64,000 nt of DNA from an uncultured Actinomycetes bacterium (lineage in GTDB: Bacteria; Actinomycetota; Thermoleophilia; Gaiellales; Gaiellaceae), in the NCBI GenBank assembly GCA_963845965.1, contig CAWJUF010000027.1, positions 13,942-77,941 of the forward strand, in the 5' to 3' direction. This document shows positions 32,213-42,410 of the stretch, one piece after another. The position numbers and the translations under genes are program-made. Each line of letters starts with the position of its first letter. Positions within the stretch are counted from its first letter, which is position 1. The notes below the pieces were generated by a model. It was not told where the DNA came from. It saw only the letters and a list, made by a program, of their open reading frames with translations, and made no database searches.

Positions 32213-32402
32213 CGCTCGCATCGAACATCTCCTCCACTGTCGTCTCGAAGTAGCGCGCAAGCGCGAGGGCGAGCGGCAGCGACGGGACGTACCGGCCCGT
32301 CTCGATCGAGTTGATCGTCTGCCGGGACACCTCGAGCGCCGTCGCGAGCTGCCCCTGGGAGAGCCCTCGCTCGGTCCGTCGCTCGCGGACGTCGTTCGTC
32401 AT
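32205..32402 (-). CDS. XRE-family HTH transcriptional regulator
   Basis: LSQGQLA.ALEVSRQTINSIETGRYVPSL.LA. Confidence 0.92.
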   Translation of the reverse strand: MTNDVRERRTERGLSQGQLATALEVSRQTINSIETGRYVPSLPLALALARYFETTVEEMFDASDD

Positions 32403-32421
32403 CGCCGTGCACGCCTCCGCA

Positions 32422-32484
32422 TGTCAAGTTCGCTTGTCCTGACAAGGTAGCTTGACATCACCTCTCTGTCAAGCCTGCTTGACA
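32422..32484. promoter_or_regulatory. three operator-like palindromes TGTCAAG-N4-CTTGACA
   Basis: Copies at 32422, 32440 and 32467 upstream of the XRE gene. Confidence 0.7.
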
Positions 32485-32497
32485 GAGAGAAGGTCCG

Positions 32498-34453
32498 TCA
32501 GCGGGACGGGACCGGCGTCGGGCCGGCGGGCTGCGGCAGTCGTGCGAACCCGAGGTCGGCGAACGACGCGAGCGAGGAGCCGCGGACACCTGCGGCCGAG
32601 ACCGTGTAGAGCGCGTCACCGACGACCACCGAGCGGCGGATCGGCGTGCCCGGCGAGCCGACAGGGTCGGCGCCCGACAGGTCCGGGTGCGTCACGCGGC
32701 CGACCTCCGCGATCCCGCCCCCGCGGCGGACGCGCAGCCCGAGCGCGCCGACGAACGGCCGGTCGTCGTAGGTCTGTACCGGGAGCACGCGCGAGCCCCG
32801 TCCGCGGCCACCACAGGAACGCGTGGTGGTCCTGCTCTGCCTCCGACCACCCCTTGCCGAGGGCGAACGAGTCGAGGCGGCGCGGCGCGGCCGGGTTGGA
32901 GACGTCGAAGAGCGACGCTTGCGTCCCGAGCGCCCGCCCCTCCGCGGTCGCGTCCTGCCCGATCCCGAGCAGGAGACCGTCGCCGACCGGGTGGAGGTAG
33001 GCCGAGTAGCCGAGGATCTTCAACTCGCCGCGGACCCTCGGGCGCGACGGCGCCGAGAGGTCGAGCACGTAGAGCGGGTCGACCTGGCGGAACGTGACGA
33101 CGTAGCCGGCATCGCCGATGAACCGCACGGCGTAGACCCGCTCGCCCCTGCCGAGCCCGCCGACGCTCCCGAGCCGGGCGAGCCCGTCGTTGCGCACGGC
33201 GAAGGCGCGTCACCGACGTCTCGCTCTCGGTCGCGGGCCCGCCCCACCAGGTCGGCACCGACGTGCTGGCGACGCGGAGCACCCCTTCCCGCTCCGAGAG
33301 CGACCACTGGCCGAGCAGCACGCCGGGGACGCTTCCGCTGCCGCGATAGCGGCTCTGCGTCGGGCTCGAGATGTCGAAGCGATGGATCGTGGTGGTCACC
33401 CCGGCCGGCACCGGCCGGCCCACGACCGGGCGCACGTCGTAGCGGTCGGTCGCGACGTAGAGGCTCGAGCGGCTCGCGTAGACGACGCGCCCGTCCGAGA
33501 CGATCGCGTCCGCGTCGACCGCGTCGAGCCCGCTCCCGACGTCGAACGTCAGCACGGTCACGAGGCCGAGCCCGGCGAACGCGCGCGGCCGCGACACCTG
33601 GCGGCACTGGACGAGCCGCCGCTTCGGCGCGACCTTGCCGGCTGCTCCGCGCAGCGTGAACCCGGGCAGCCAGCGCCGCGCGCCGGACGTGCGGGCGACG
33701 TCGCGGTTCCTCTGCGTCGCGGCGGCGGCGTCGCCGGGGCACCTGCGGCGCCGGGCTGGACGAACGGGCAGGTCGAGACCGAGCGGCGAGGCGAGCACGA
33801 GCCGCACCGTGCCTCCGACGAGTCGCGCGGCGAGGTAGCTGCCGTCGAGCTCGAGCGTGCGGGCGACGCGCAGGTGCGCTGGGTCGCGGACGTCGACGTC
33901 CGCGACGACGGTTTTCGCGGGATACGGGTACGGCCCGCGGATCGCGATCCCCGTCGATCGGGATCGGCCCGGCGACGCCCCGGGAGAGGACGAGCAGGTG
34001 ACCGCGCTCGAGCAAGAGCTCGTCCGCCCCGCGGTCGAAGCGCAGCGTGTCGACGAGCTTCGGCCGGCCGCCGCCACGCACGTCCAGCGCACTGACGCGC
34101 CCGTCCGTGGCGACGAAGAGCGTCCGACCGTCGGTCTTGACGAGGTCGGGCTCGTCGACGCCCTCCTCCTGGACGTTCGTGGCCGAGTGCTCGGGTTCGC
34201 CGCCGGGTGCTCCCGCGACCGCGTCGCGCGCCGCCCCGGGGGCACCGGCGGCGATCTCCACGACGCCGCCGAGCCCCCACGGCCCGACGAGCGGCAGCGC
34301 CTGCTTGCGCACGTAGGCGAGGAAGGACGGGCAGCCGTCGAACGCCTGGAGCCGCGCGGCCGCGGGGCCGCGGGCGCTCACCGACGCTCCGGCGACAGAC
34401 GCGCCGAGGCCGGCGGCGAGCGCGAGGCCGAGAAGCCCGAGGCGCACTCTCAT
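32498..34453 (-). CDS. secreted beta-propeller domain protein (frameshifted)
   Basis: TNVQEEGVDEPDLVKTDG, LRVAST, YAVRF, VTFRQVDPLY, ELKILGYSAYLHP. Confidence 0.85.
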
Positions 34454-34524
34454 CTCTCCTCCATGGTGACCCTACGCCGCCGGATCGGCAAGGCGTCACA
34501 CGGCGAGATGATTAGGGTCACGGG

Positions 34525-35538
34525 ATGGCGTCGCCTTTCGTCGAGCTCGAGGTCGGCAGCCGGACGGTCAAGGTCACGAACCCGGACAAGGTGCTCTTCC
34601 CCGACGCCGGGCACACGAAGCGCGACCTGGTCGACTACTACCTCGCGGTCGGCGACGGGATCGTCCGTGCGCTCCGAGAGCGGCCGACGCAGCTGCGGCG
34701 CTTCCCGGACGGGATCGCGGGCGAGCAGATCTACCAGAAGCGCGTCCCCGAGAAGCGGCCGGAGTGGGTCGAGGTGGCACGCGTCACGTTTCCCTCCGGC
34801 CGCCATGCGGACGAGCTCTGCGTCACCGAGCTCGCGCAGGTGATCTGGGGCGCGAACCTCGCCGTGATCGACTTCCACCCGTGGCCGTCGCGGCGCGCGG
34901 ACGTCGACCGCCCCGACGAGCTGCGGATCGACGTCGACCCGCAGCCGGGCACCACGTTCGCGGACGGGAAGCAGGTCGCGGGCGTCGTGCGCGAGACGCT
35001 CGCCGAGATCGGCTACACGGGCTGGCCGAAGACGTCCGGAAACCGCGGCATCCACATCGCGGTGCGGATCGAGCCGGAGTGGGAGTTCCCCGTCGTCCGC
35101 CGTTGCGCGCTCGCGTTGGCGCGCGAGATCGAGCGCCGCGCGCCCGACCTCGTCACGACCGCGTGGTGGAAGGAGGAGCGCGGCGAGAAGGTGTTCATCG
35201 ACTACAACCAGAACGCCCGCGACCGCACGATCGCCTCCGCCTACTCGGTGCGGCCACGGCCCGACGCGACCGTCTCGGCCCCCGTCACCTGGGACGAGCT
35301 GCCGGACGTCGAGACGGAGGACTTCACGCTCGTGACGATGCAGGAGCGGTTCGCGCAGCTCGGGGACGTGCAGTCGGGGATCGACGACGTCGTGTCCGAC
35401 CTCCGCGTGCTCCTCGAGTGGGTCGAGCGCGAGGAGGCCGAAGGCGTCGGCGAGGCGCCGTACCCGCCGAACTTCCCGAAGATGCCCGGCGAGCCGCCCC
35501 GGGTGCAGCCGTCGCGCGCGAAGAAGCCCGAGAAATGA
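34525..35538 (+). CDS. primase-polymerase (LigD POL domain/Prim-PolC-like)
   Basis: TNPDKV.FP, YQKR, LRIDVDP, KTSGNRGIH, FIDYNQN, AYSVR. Confidence 0.9.
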   Translation: MASPFVELEVGSRTVKVTNPDKVLFPDAGHTKRDLVDYYLAVGDGIVRALRERPTQLRRFPDGIAGEQIYQKRVPEKRPEWVEVARVTFPSGRHADELCVTELAQVIWGANLAVIDFHPWPSRRADVDRPDELRIDVDPQPGTTFADGKQVAGVVRETLAEIGYTGWPKTSGNRGIHIAVRIEPEWEFPVVRRCALALAREIERRAPDLVTTAWWKEERGEKVFIDYNQNARDRTIASAYSVRPRPDATVSAPVTWDELPDVETEDFTLVTMQERFAQLGDVQSGIDDVVSDLRVLLEWVEREEAEGVGEAPYPPNFPKMPGEPPRVQPSRAKKPEK

Positions 35539-35628
35539 CGGCGGCGGGCTACCCTTCCCGAGCTGAAGCGCCCCGCGGAGCTTGGTAGCCTCGCGCCGCG
35601 GGTCCAACCCCTTCGGAGGAGACGATCC

Positions 35629-36513
35629 ATGCGGAAACTGCTCATCCCGAGCCTCGTCCTTGCCGCAGCCGCCGCGCTCGCGCTCGCCGCGAGCGCCACG
35701 GGCGCGCGCACGTCCGGAGCCGCGCAGGCGGCGATCCCCGGCTGCGCCAAGGGCTCGTTGAATCTCGTCGAGGACGGCACCCTCACGTTCGGCGCCGACA
35801 ACCCCGCGTTCCCGCCGTGGTTCGGCGGCGCCGAGAAGACGAAGCCGTGGAAGGTCTCCGACCCCTACAGCGGCAAGGGCTACGAGTCGGCGGTCGCCTA
35901 CGCGGTCGCGAAGGAGCTCGGGTTCGCGAAGGCGCAGGTGAAGTGGACGGTCGTCCCCTTCAACAACTCGTTCCGGCCGGGCAAGAAGCCGTTCGACGCC
36001 TACATCACCCAGGTCTCGTACACGCCGGAGCGCGCGAAGGCGGTGGACTTCTCGAGGTCGTACTACTTCGTCAACCAGGCGGTGGTGGGTCGCAAGGGCA
36101 AGCCGATCGCCAAGGTGAAGTCGATCGCCGGCCTGAGGCCCTTCAAGCTCGGCGCCCAGGTCGGGACAACGAGCTACACGTACATCACGAAGTACATCAA
36201 GCCCTCCTCGAGCCCACTCGTCTACGACACGAACGACGCCGCGGTGCAGGCGCTCAAGAACGGCCAGATCGACGGGATCGTCGTCGACCTCCCGACCGCG
36301 TTCTACGTCACCGCCGTCCAGGTCTCCGACGGCGTGATCGTCGGCAAGCTGCCCACGCGGGGCACGAAGGAGCACTTCGGGATGGTGCTGCAGAAGGGCA
36401 ACACGCTGACGAGGTGCGTGAACAGGGCGCTCGCGCGCCTCTGGCTGAACGGCACGATCAAGAAGCTCCAGACGACGTACCTGGCGCGAGCGGGCGCGCC
36501 GGACATCACGTAA
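35629..36513 (+). CDS. polar amino-acid ABC transporter substrate-binding protein
   Basis: Signal peptide, PAFPPW, ERAKAVDFS..Y, GAQVGTT. Confidence 0.9.
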   Translation: MRKLLIPSLVLAAAAALALAASATGARTSGAAQAAIPGCAKGSLNLVEDGTLTFGADNPAFPPWFGGAEKTKPWKVSDPYSGKGYESAVAYAVAKELGFAKAQVKWTVVPFNNSFRPGKKPFDAYITQVSYTPERAKAVDFSRSYYFVNQAVVGRKGKPIAKVKSIAGLRPFKLGAQVGTTSYTYITKYIKPSSSPLVYDTNDAAVQALKNGQIDGIVVDLPTAFYVTAVQVSDGVIVGKLPTRGTKEHFGMVLQKGNTLTRCVNRALARLWLNGTIKKLQTTYLARAGAPDIT

Positions 36514-36636
36514 CCGGGCCTGGACGGGAACCGGAGCTCCCGGATTCTCGGCGGCGGGACCGTCCGCGTCTCGAAGGAGGCGCGGACGGTCGCGATCGCC
36601 CTCCTCTCGACGGCCGTCTTCGTCACGGTCGTCGTC

Positions 36637-37368
36637 GTGATCGTCACGCGCTCACCCGGCTGGGGCGCGTTCAAGGCGTACTTCCTCGACGGGACGATCT
36701 ACCGCGACAGCTTCCCCGAGATCCTCGACGCGTTCTGGCTGAACGTGAAGCTGTTCTGCGCGGCCGAGCTTCTCATCCTCCCCGCCGCCCTCCTGGTCGC
36801 GGTGCTCCGCTCGCTGCCGGGGCCGGTGTTCTTCCCGATCCGGGCACTCGCGATCGCGTACGCCGACCTCTTCCGCGGCATACCCACGATCCTCGTGATC
36901 TCGATCCTCGGGTTCGGGATGCCGGCACTCGGCCTGGAGTGGGTGCCGATCTCGCAGTTCTTCTGGGCCGTCGTCGCGCTCGTCCTCGTCTACACGGCCT
37001 ACGTCTCGGAGGTCTACCGTTCGGGGATCGAGTCCGTGCACCCGAGCCAGGCGGCCGCCGCGCGCTCGCTCGGGCTCTCGCACGGCCAGGCGCTCCGGTT
37101 CGTCGTGCTGCCGCAGGCCGTGCGGCGCGTCATCCCGCCGCTCCTGAACGACTTCATCGGCCTGCAGAAGGACACGGCGCTCGTCGGCACGCTCGGCGTC
37201 GTCGAGGCCTTCAAGCAGGCGCAGATCGACCAGTCGGCGACGTTCAACGGCACCCCGTACCTCGTCGCGGCGACCCTCTTCGTCGCGATCACGATCCCGC
37301 TCGCCCGCTTCACCGACTGGCTCGTCGCCCGCGACCGGCGTCGCCAGCAGGCCGGGAGGCTCGCATGA
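36637..37368 (+). CDS. amino-acid ABC transporter permease
   Basis: FRGIP, AYVSEVYRSG, LPQA.R..IPPL, KDTAL; true start probably further upstream. Confidence 0.9.
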   Translation: MIVTRSPGWGAFKAYFLDGTIYRDSFPEILDAFWLNVKLFCAAELLILPAALLVAVLRSLPGPVFFPIRALAIAYADLFRGIPTILVISILGFGMPALGLEWVPISQFFWAVVALVLVYTAYVSEVYRSGIESVHPSQAAAARSLGLSHGQALRFVVLPQAVRRVIPPLLNDFIGLQKDTALVGTLGVVEAFKQAQIDQSATFNGTPYLVAATLFVAITIPLARFTDWLVARDRRRQQAGRLA

Positions 37369-38115
37369 GCCGTCGAGGCGCTCCGGGTCGAAGGCCTCCA
37401 CAAGTCGTTCGGCAAGCTCGAGGTGCTGCGGGGGATCGACCTCGTGCTCGCCGAGCACGAGGTCGTCTGCCTGATCGGCGCCTCGGGGTCGGGCAAGTCG
37501 ACGCTGCTGCGCTGCGTCAACCTGCTCGAGCCGATCGCCGCCGGCCGGATCGTCGTCGGCGGCGAGGAGATCACCGCGCGCGGGGTCGACGTCGACGTCG
37601 TGCGGCGCGGCATCGGGATCGTCTTCCAGTCCTTCAACCTGTTCCCCCACATGACGGTGCTCGAGAACGTGACGCTCGCGCCCCGCAAGGCGCGCGGGCT
37701 GTCGCGCTCGGCGGCGGACGCCGAGGCAACGCGGCTGCTCGAGCGGTTCGGGCTCGCGGACAAGCGGGACGAGTACCCCGACCGGCTGTCGGGCGGGCAG
37801 CAGCAGCGCGTCGCGATCGCGCGCGCGCTCGCGATGCAGCCGCACCTCCTGCTCCTCGACGAGGTCACGAGCGCGCTCGACCCCGAGCTCGTCGCCGAGG
37901 TGCTCGACGTGATCCGCGAGCTCGCGGCGGGCGGCATGACGATGCTGATCGCGACGCACGAGATGGGCTTCGCCCGCGACGTCGCCCACCGCGTCTGCTT
38001 CCTCGACGAGGGCCGGATCCTCGAGGAAGGCCCGCCGGAGCAGCTCTTCGGTGCCCCGCGCGAGGAGCGGACGCGCCAGTTCCTCCAGCGGATCGTGGCC
38101 GCGGGGCGGTTGTAG
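37365..38115 (+). CDS. amino-acid ABC transporter ATP-binding protein
   Basis: GASGSGKS, LSGGQQQR, LLDEVTSALDPE; frameshift near the start. Confidence 0.92.
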
Positions 38116-38132
38116 CCGCATGACAGAAGGCG

Positions 38133-38183
38133 GGCGAGGCTGAAGCCACGCCCGGGCCGCGGGGCGTGGCTTCAGCTTCGCCC
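38133..38183. terminator. long hairpin after the ABC operon (terminator/REP-like)
   Basis: gggcgaggctgaagccacgccc ... gggcgtggcttcagcttcgccc. Confidence 0.6.
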
Positions 38184-38213
38184 CTCTTGGTTGGCCCGGG
38201 TTATCGTTTCCCC

Positions 38214-38531
38214 ATGGTCCAGGACCCGCACCGCGTGGACGTCTCGCTCGAGCCGCTCGACGAGTATCTCGTCATCCAGCCGACGTCGGACGAGACGGAG
38301 ACGCGAGCCGGGCTGATCCTCCCAGCGTCGGCTGCGCAGGCAGCGGCGTGCCGCACGGGGATCGTGACCGCGATCGGGACGGACGTGACGGGCGTCGAGC
38401 CGGGCGACAAGGTGCTCTACCCGCGCGAGGCGGGGTTCGAGGTGCGCCTCGGCGGGATCGAGGTCAAGGTCGTGAAGCGGAGCGAGCTGATCGCCCGCAT
38501 CCACGACTGGCAGCGTGGGGGAAACGGCTAA
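38214..38531 (+). CDS. groES: GroES-family co-chaperonin (no adjacent groEL)
   Basis: LEPLDEYLVI, TRAGLILP, VEPGDKVLY, SELIA. Confidence 0.8.
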   Translation: MVQDPHRVDVSLEPLDEYLVIQPTSDETETRAGLILPASAAQAAACRTGIVTAIGTDVTGVEPGDKVLYPREAGFEVRLGGIEVKVVKRSELIARIHDWQRGGNG

Positions 38532-38540
38532 GCCCGAGCC

Positions 38541-38577
38541 TGGCCTCCCGCGGCCGGCAAAGCCGGCCTCCGGCCGC
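38541..38577 (+). repeat. dispersed REP-like repeat, copy 1
   Basis: tggcctccc(g)cggccggcaaagccggcctccggccgc, also at 50064-50099. Confidence 0.8.
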
Positions 38578-38655
38578 GGGAGCGCGGTTCACGGAGCACC
38601 CACGTCCGACGCTCTCGTGGCCAGGTCGGCAGCGGCCGATATCCTCTCTCGACCC

Positions 38656-38746
38656 GGAGAAGTGGCCGAGTGGCTGAAGGCGGCGCCCTGCTAAGGCGTT
38701 AGGTGGGGTAATCCCTGCCTCGAGGGTTCGAATCCCTCCTTCTCCG
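38656..38746 (+). tRNA. tRNA-Ser(GCT)
   Basis: GGAGAAG/CTTCTCC acceptor, gcgcc-CTGCTAA-ggcgt, long variable arm. Confidence 0.95.
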
Positions 38747-38916
38747 CTCCGTTTTCGCGCGAAGCAGGAATCCGAGGAGCGGATTTCCTGCCGCTCGATC
38801 CCCCGCCTGCGGCGAGGGCAGATCCCTGAACGCGCTCGCTTCGCGGTCGCAACCCCACCATCGACGTCGATCCACGCCGTCGCGATCCCGGTGCGCCGCT
38901 ACGCTACATCCCGCTC

Positions 38917-39003
38917 GGAGGGGTGCCGGAGCGGTCGAACGGGGCGGTCTCGAAAACCGTTAAGGGTGCAAGCTCTTCGAGGGTTCAAATCCCTCCCCCT
39001 CCG
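38917..39003 (+). tRNA. tRNA-Ser(CGA)
   Basis: GGAGGGG/CCCCTCC acceptor, gcggt-CTCGAAA-accgt, long variable arm. Confidence 0.95.
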
Positions 39004-39012
39004 TCAGTAGGC

Positions 39013-39138
39013 AAGCCGGATCCCGCATGGCGAGCGGGATTCCGGCTCACCGACTCGCCCTAAGACTCTCGGCTCGTTGACCGCCTGAGACGGCTCAAGA
39101 CGGCTGTATCTGGATGCTCACTGGCGCGCAACTGGCGC
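39013..39138 (+). repeat. att-arm repeat copy B
   Basis: Hairpin and 62-bp block near-identical to 15937-16062. Confidence 0.9.
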
Positions 39139-39309
39139 ACGGAAGGCTCCGTCAGCAACCAGGCCCCGGCCAGCGTTTAGTAGCGCCACCGCAGCGCCAG
39201 GGTAGGCCAGGGCGTAGATCGGGGTGATTCCCGATGTTGATTGCGGCTACACAAGCGCATGCTGTGGCCGTGAACAAGGTTCCGCTGACGGCGCCCGAAG
39301 GAGTAAGAG

Positions 39310-40074
39310 ATGAGATCGCCGCACAAAAGCGACAAAGCTGTGGAGTCCCAGCATGTGCCTGCGAGCGCGGCAGTGGCAACGAGGGGGCCGATCCCGACCC
39401 CTGCGTTCGGGGAGCGGGTCGTGGGCGCGGCGGCGATCGCGTTGGTAGCGTCGTTGGTCATCCAGAATGCGGTGCTGGTCTGGGCCGGAGCGCCCGGCTT
39501 CGGCGACCCGATCGAGAAGGTGCTCGCCTTCCACGCGGAGAACCGGGGCGCGGTCGCGATCGCGGTCGGCTCAGAGGCGCTGAACCTGCCGCTGCTGCTC
39601 GTGTTCGTGACCGGTCTCCACGGGCTGGTCGGGCGTCGCGGGGGTGCGGGCGCCGACTGGTCGCGCCTCGCGGTGGCCGCGGGCGCGACTCTCGCGGCGG
39701 TCTTCGCGCTCTACGCCGTTCTGTGGAACGGAGTCGTATTGTCCGCCGGCGAGCTCGCCGAGCCGAGCCCGCTGTTCGAGCTCGTCTGGCAGCTGCATGC
39801 AGGAGCATTCGCTCTGGCGCTGTCGGCGCTCGGCACCACCTTCATCGGCGCTGCGCTGGCGGCGCATGCGAGTCGGCTGGCGGCGCCGTGGCAGCGTGTG
39901 CTCGGCGTGGCCGGGGGAGGCCTGCTGATCGCCGCCGGGGTGGCCAACCTCGCGATCGCTGACGGCTCGCCGATCCTGTTCGTGGGGCTGCTCGGCTACG
40001 CCGCCTGGCTCGTGTGGCTGCTGGTGACCGGGGTACGGCTGGTTCTGATGCCCAGGAAGGTCGGCGCTGCCTAG
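39310..40074 (+). CDS. membrane protein (DUF4386-like)
   Basis: About 6 TM helices, C-terminal WLVWLL..G..L; start uncertain. Confidence 0.65.
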   Translation: MRSPHKSDKAVESQHVPASAAVATRGPIPTPAFGERVVGAAAIALVASLVIQNAVLVWAGAPGFGDPIEKVLAFHAENRGAVAIAVGSEALNLPLLLVFVTGLHGLVGRRGGAGADWSRLAVAAGATLAAVFALYAVLWNGVVLSAGELAEPSPLFELVWQLHAGAFALALSALGTTFIGAALAAHASRLAAPWQRVLGVAGGGLLIAAGVANLAIADGSPILFVGLLGYAAWLVWLLVTGVRLVLMPRKVGAA

Positions 40075-40248
40075 GAACCGTTCCCGCCACGCGGCAGCCC
40101 CGATACAAAGATTGCGTCAATCTGGGCGAGCCGAAGTGACACGACCGCTCATCGGCTGCCCGTCGCGCATCTTCGCCGCCAGCGTCTCCTTGATCCGGAA
40201 CGAGGTGGCGAGTGATTCGTTGGCAACCCCAACCAGGCCCCACCACGG

Positions 40249-40611
40249 CTACGACATCGAGGGGGGAGGGTGGTGCCCGTTGCCTGGTTCGTAGAGGTGA
40301 ATCCCCGCCAGCTGTTGCAGCCGTGTCCAGGAGAGCGCCCGCATGGCGTCGGGCGTATCGGGAAACGGGGCTTGCTCCTCTGCCTGTACCGGAGCCGTCC
40401 CGTACTGATGCTCAAAGATGCGCAGCGCCGCCCGCCAGGCGTCAGGCCCGCCCTTGTCGAGGTGGTCGTTCAACACCCTCAATGCCTTCGGGACAAGCTC
40501 CTCCAGAGCGACCTGCCGTGCCTCCTCGACGGTTGGCCTGCGGGGGCGTCCTCCGAGCCGACCTGACCGAATCCTGGCCTCCTGTAGCTCGGTCGGTGTC
40601 AAGCTAGGCAC
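40249..40611 (-). CDS. conserved element-borne hypothetical protein with GRLGGRP motif
   Basis: Homologous to pseudogene 17075-17441. Confidence 0.75.
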   Translation of the reverse strand: MPSLTPTELQEARIRSGRLGGRPRRPTVEEARQVALEELVPKALRVLNDHLDKGGPDAWRAALRIFEHQYGTAPVQAEEQAPFPDTPDAMRALSWTRLQQLAGIHLYEPGNGHHPPPSMS

Positions 40612-40976
40612 CAGGAGATCGTACTCCGAGCAGACAACTCAAGAAACTGGGCGAGTACTCCGCGATGGCCGCTCCGCTTCGTGTCGATCTAGGCAACAGG
40701 TGCCCGGTACCCTCACATTGCCGGGGCTTGAGCACCCTCGGTGATCGGTGCGATGTGGGCCCCCGCGACCAGGCCCCACGGCGACGAAGGCGAGGGAGGG
40801 GTGGGAGGGGTGGGCCTACGGACAAGGCTGAAAGGCCGCTTTCGTGAGGGTTAGACGTCGACCTTCCCGTGCGGTTTGTGGGCGCGGCGCGGGGAGCATG
40901 CTCAGCGATTTGGCGGAACACTTCCCGCGACGGTCTGGCCCGTATCGTCCAAATCGGCAAGGAAGCGCTTGGCTAG

Positions 40977-41240
40977 TCAGACTCCGCTTCCGTCCATCAT
41001 TTCGAGTTCTCCGAGAAAACCGGCGGGATACCCCACCTTGTCGTGGTAGGTGGCCGCAATGCGAAAGGCCTCGTCTACACCGTGGGTGCGGATGAGCTTG
41101 ACGAACGCATCCGGGCCGGGGAAAGACTTGGGCTTCCCCGCGCGGGGAGGAAACAAGTGCGGCCTCAGGAGCGGAGCTAGGACCTCGCGGGCACCCTCCA
41201 TCGCGGCGTGGATGGGCAGGTTATCGGGCGTGTTTTCTCC
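40977..41240 (-). CDS. hypothetical protein or fragment
   Basis: Plausible C-terminal part of ORF 40977-41579 (NLPIHAAMEGAREVL...). Confidence 0.35.
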   Translation of the reverse strand, partial: GENTPDNLPIHAAMEGAREVLAPLLRPHLFPPRAGKPKSFPGPDAFVKLIRTHGVDEAFRIAATYHDKVGYPAGFLGELEMMDGSGV

Positions 41241-41272
41241 GAACGGCCGCTCTGAGGGGCCTCCCCCGCCCG

Positions 41273-41752
41273 CTAGTACGCCCGCTCGATCAGCGATCGA
41301 AGCGCCTCCGTGATGGCGGCTCGCATCTCGCCATGCTTCGCGTCGTTGTAGGCGTATTCGGTGGCGTTCCGTACATCCTTCGGGTATCGCCAGATCGGGC
41401 CGCCGATCTTGTCCTGAGGTTCCCAGTCGTAGCGGGCGTGGACGTGTCCATGCAGGATCGGAACCGAATTGCCGAGTACCTCGTAGTTGACGCGACGTAG
41501 GCCATCGTGGCGACACGCCTGCTGGACGGCTTCGCCGATTAGAGAGAGGTCGAACAGAAACTGCTTGCGACGCTCCCAATCGAGGTCAGTGAGATGATTC
41601 ACTGACGGATCGTCGGTTAGCAGCAGCGAGTAGCCCGGTAGATGCTGCGTGTCGCCGATAACCGCGAAGCCACTCTGCATCCTCGCCATTACGAGCGGGT
41701 TCTCGCCACGATGCGCAGAGCCGACCCGATCGTCTCGCCAGTCAGTAGCCAT
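41273..41752 (-). CDS. HIT-family hydrolase
   Basis: PGYSLL, NYEVLGN.VP.LHGHVHARY. Confidence 0.85.
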   Translation of the reverse strand: MATDWRDDRVGSAHRGENPLVMARMQSGFAVIGDTQHLPGYSLLLTDDPSVNHLTDLDWERRKQFLFDLSLIGEAVQQACRHDGLRRVNYEVLGNSVPILHGHVHARYDWEPQDKIGGPIWRYPKDVRNATEYAYNDAKHGEMRAAITEALRSLIERAY

Positions 41753-41864
41753 CGTCGGCGACTCTACGGACAGCCGACGACGGACAGCGAGGTTCGGGCA
41801 TCGCGGCTCGGCGCAGACGCTCGCGGCGCGGGGGATACATCGAGGGTAGGCGTTCGTGCGTGGA

Positions 41865-42410
41865 TTACTCGTCCACGAACGCCTGGCCGACCGGGCCCTT
41901 CTCGCTGACCTGGAGGCGCTCGCCGTCATCGTCTGTCCACTCGACGACCCATCTGAGATTCGGCCGCAGATACATCTCTTGAATCTCGACTCGGAACACA
42001 TGCCCGTCGCGATCGTCTCTAGTGAGGACGCCGTCCCATTCCGCGATCTTCGAGAAGCTTTCGTCGGCGCTCTCGTCACCCAGCCAGACGCGGAAGTCAC
42101 GGGCCGGGGCCGGACCGGTATTGCGTACCCGTGTCTCGGCCCCGAACCACCTGATGCCGTCCCGAGTGTTCTTCCCATTGAACGGTATGGGCTCTAGGTG
42201 TAGCCGAGCCCGCCGACCTTCCAGCGACTCGACGCGCTCGCGTTCGAGGCGTTCCATCTCGGCTTCGTGACGCTGACGCTCGCGCTGTTCGGCTTCGAGG
42301 CTCGAAGCTCGGCGCTCGCTGCACGGTCCTCGGCGCGCCCTGCCCGTTGGTCTGCGCGCCAGGCGAAGAGAGCCGACGCGGCAGCGACAGCGAGCGCGAC
42401 GCCCTCGACG
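41865..42410 (-). CDS. hypothetical membrane-anchored coiled-coil protein (frameshifted, 5'-truncated)
   Basis: VALAVAAASALFAW...ERQRHEAEMERLERE...RNTGPAPARD. Confidence 0.5.
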   Translation of the reverse strand, partial: RRGRRARCRCRVGSLRLARRPTGRARRGPCSERRASSLEAEQRERQRHEAEMERLERERVESLEGRRARLHLEPIPFNGKNTRDGIRWFGAETRVRNTGPAPARDFRVWLGDESADESFSKIAEWDGVLTRDDRDGHVFRVEIQEMYLRPNLRWVVEWTDDDGERLQVSEKGPVGQAFVDE

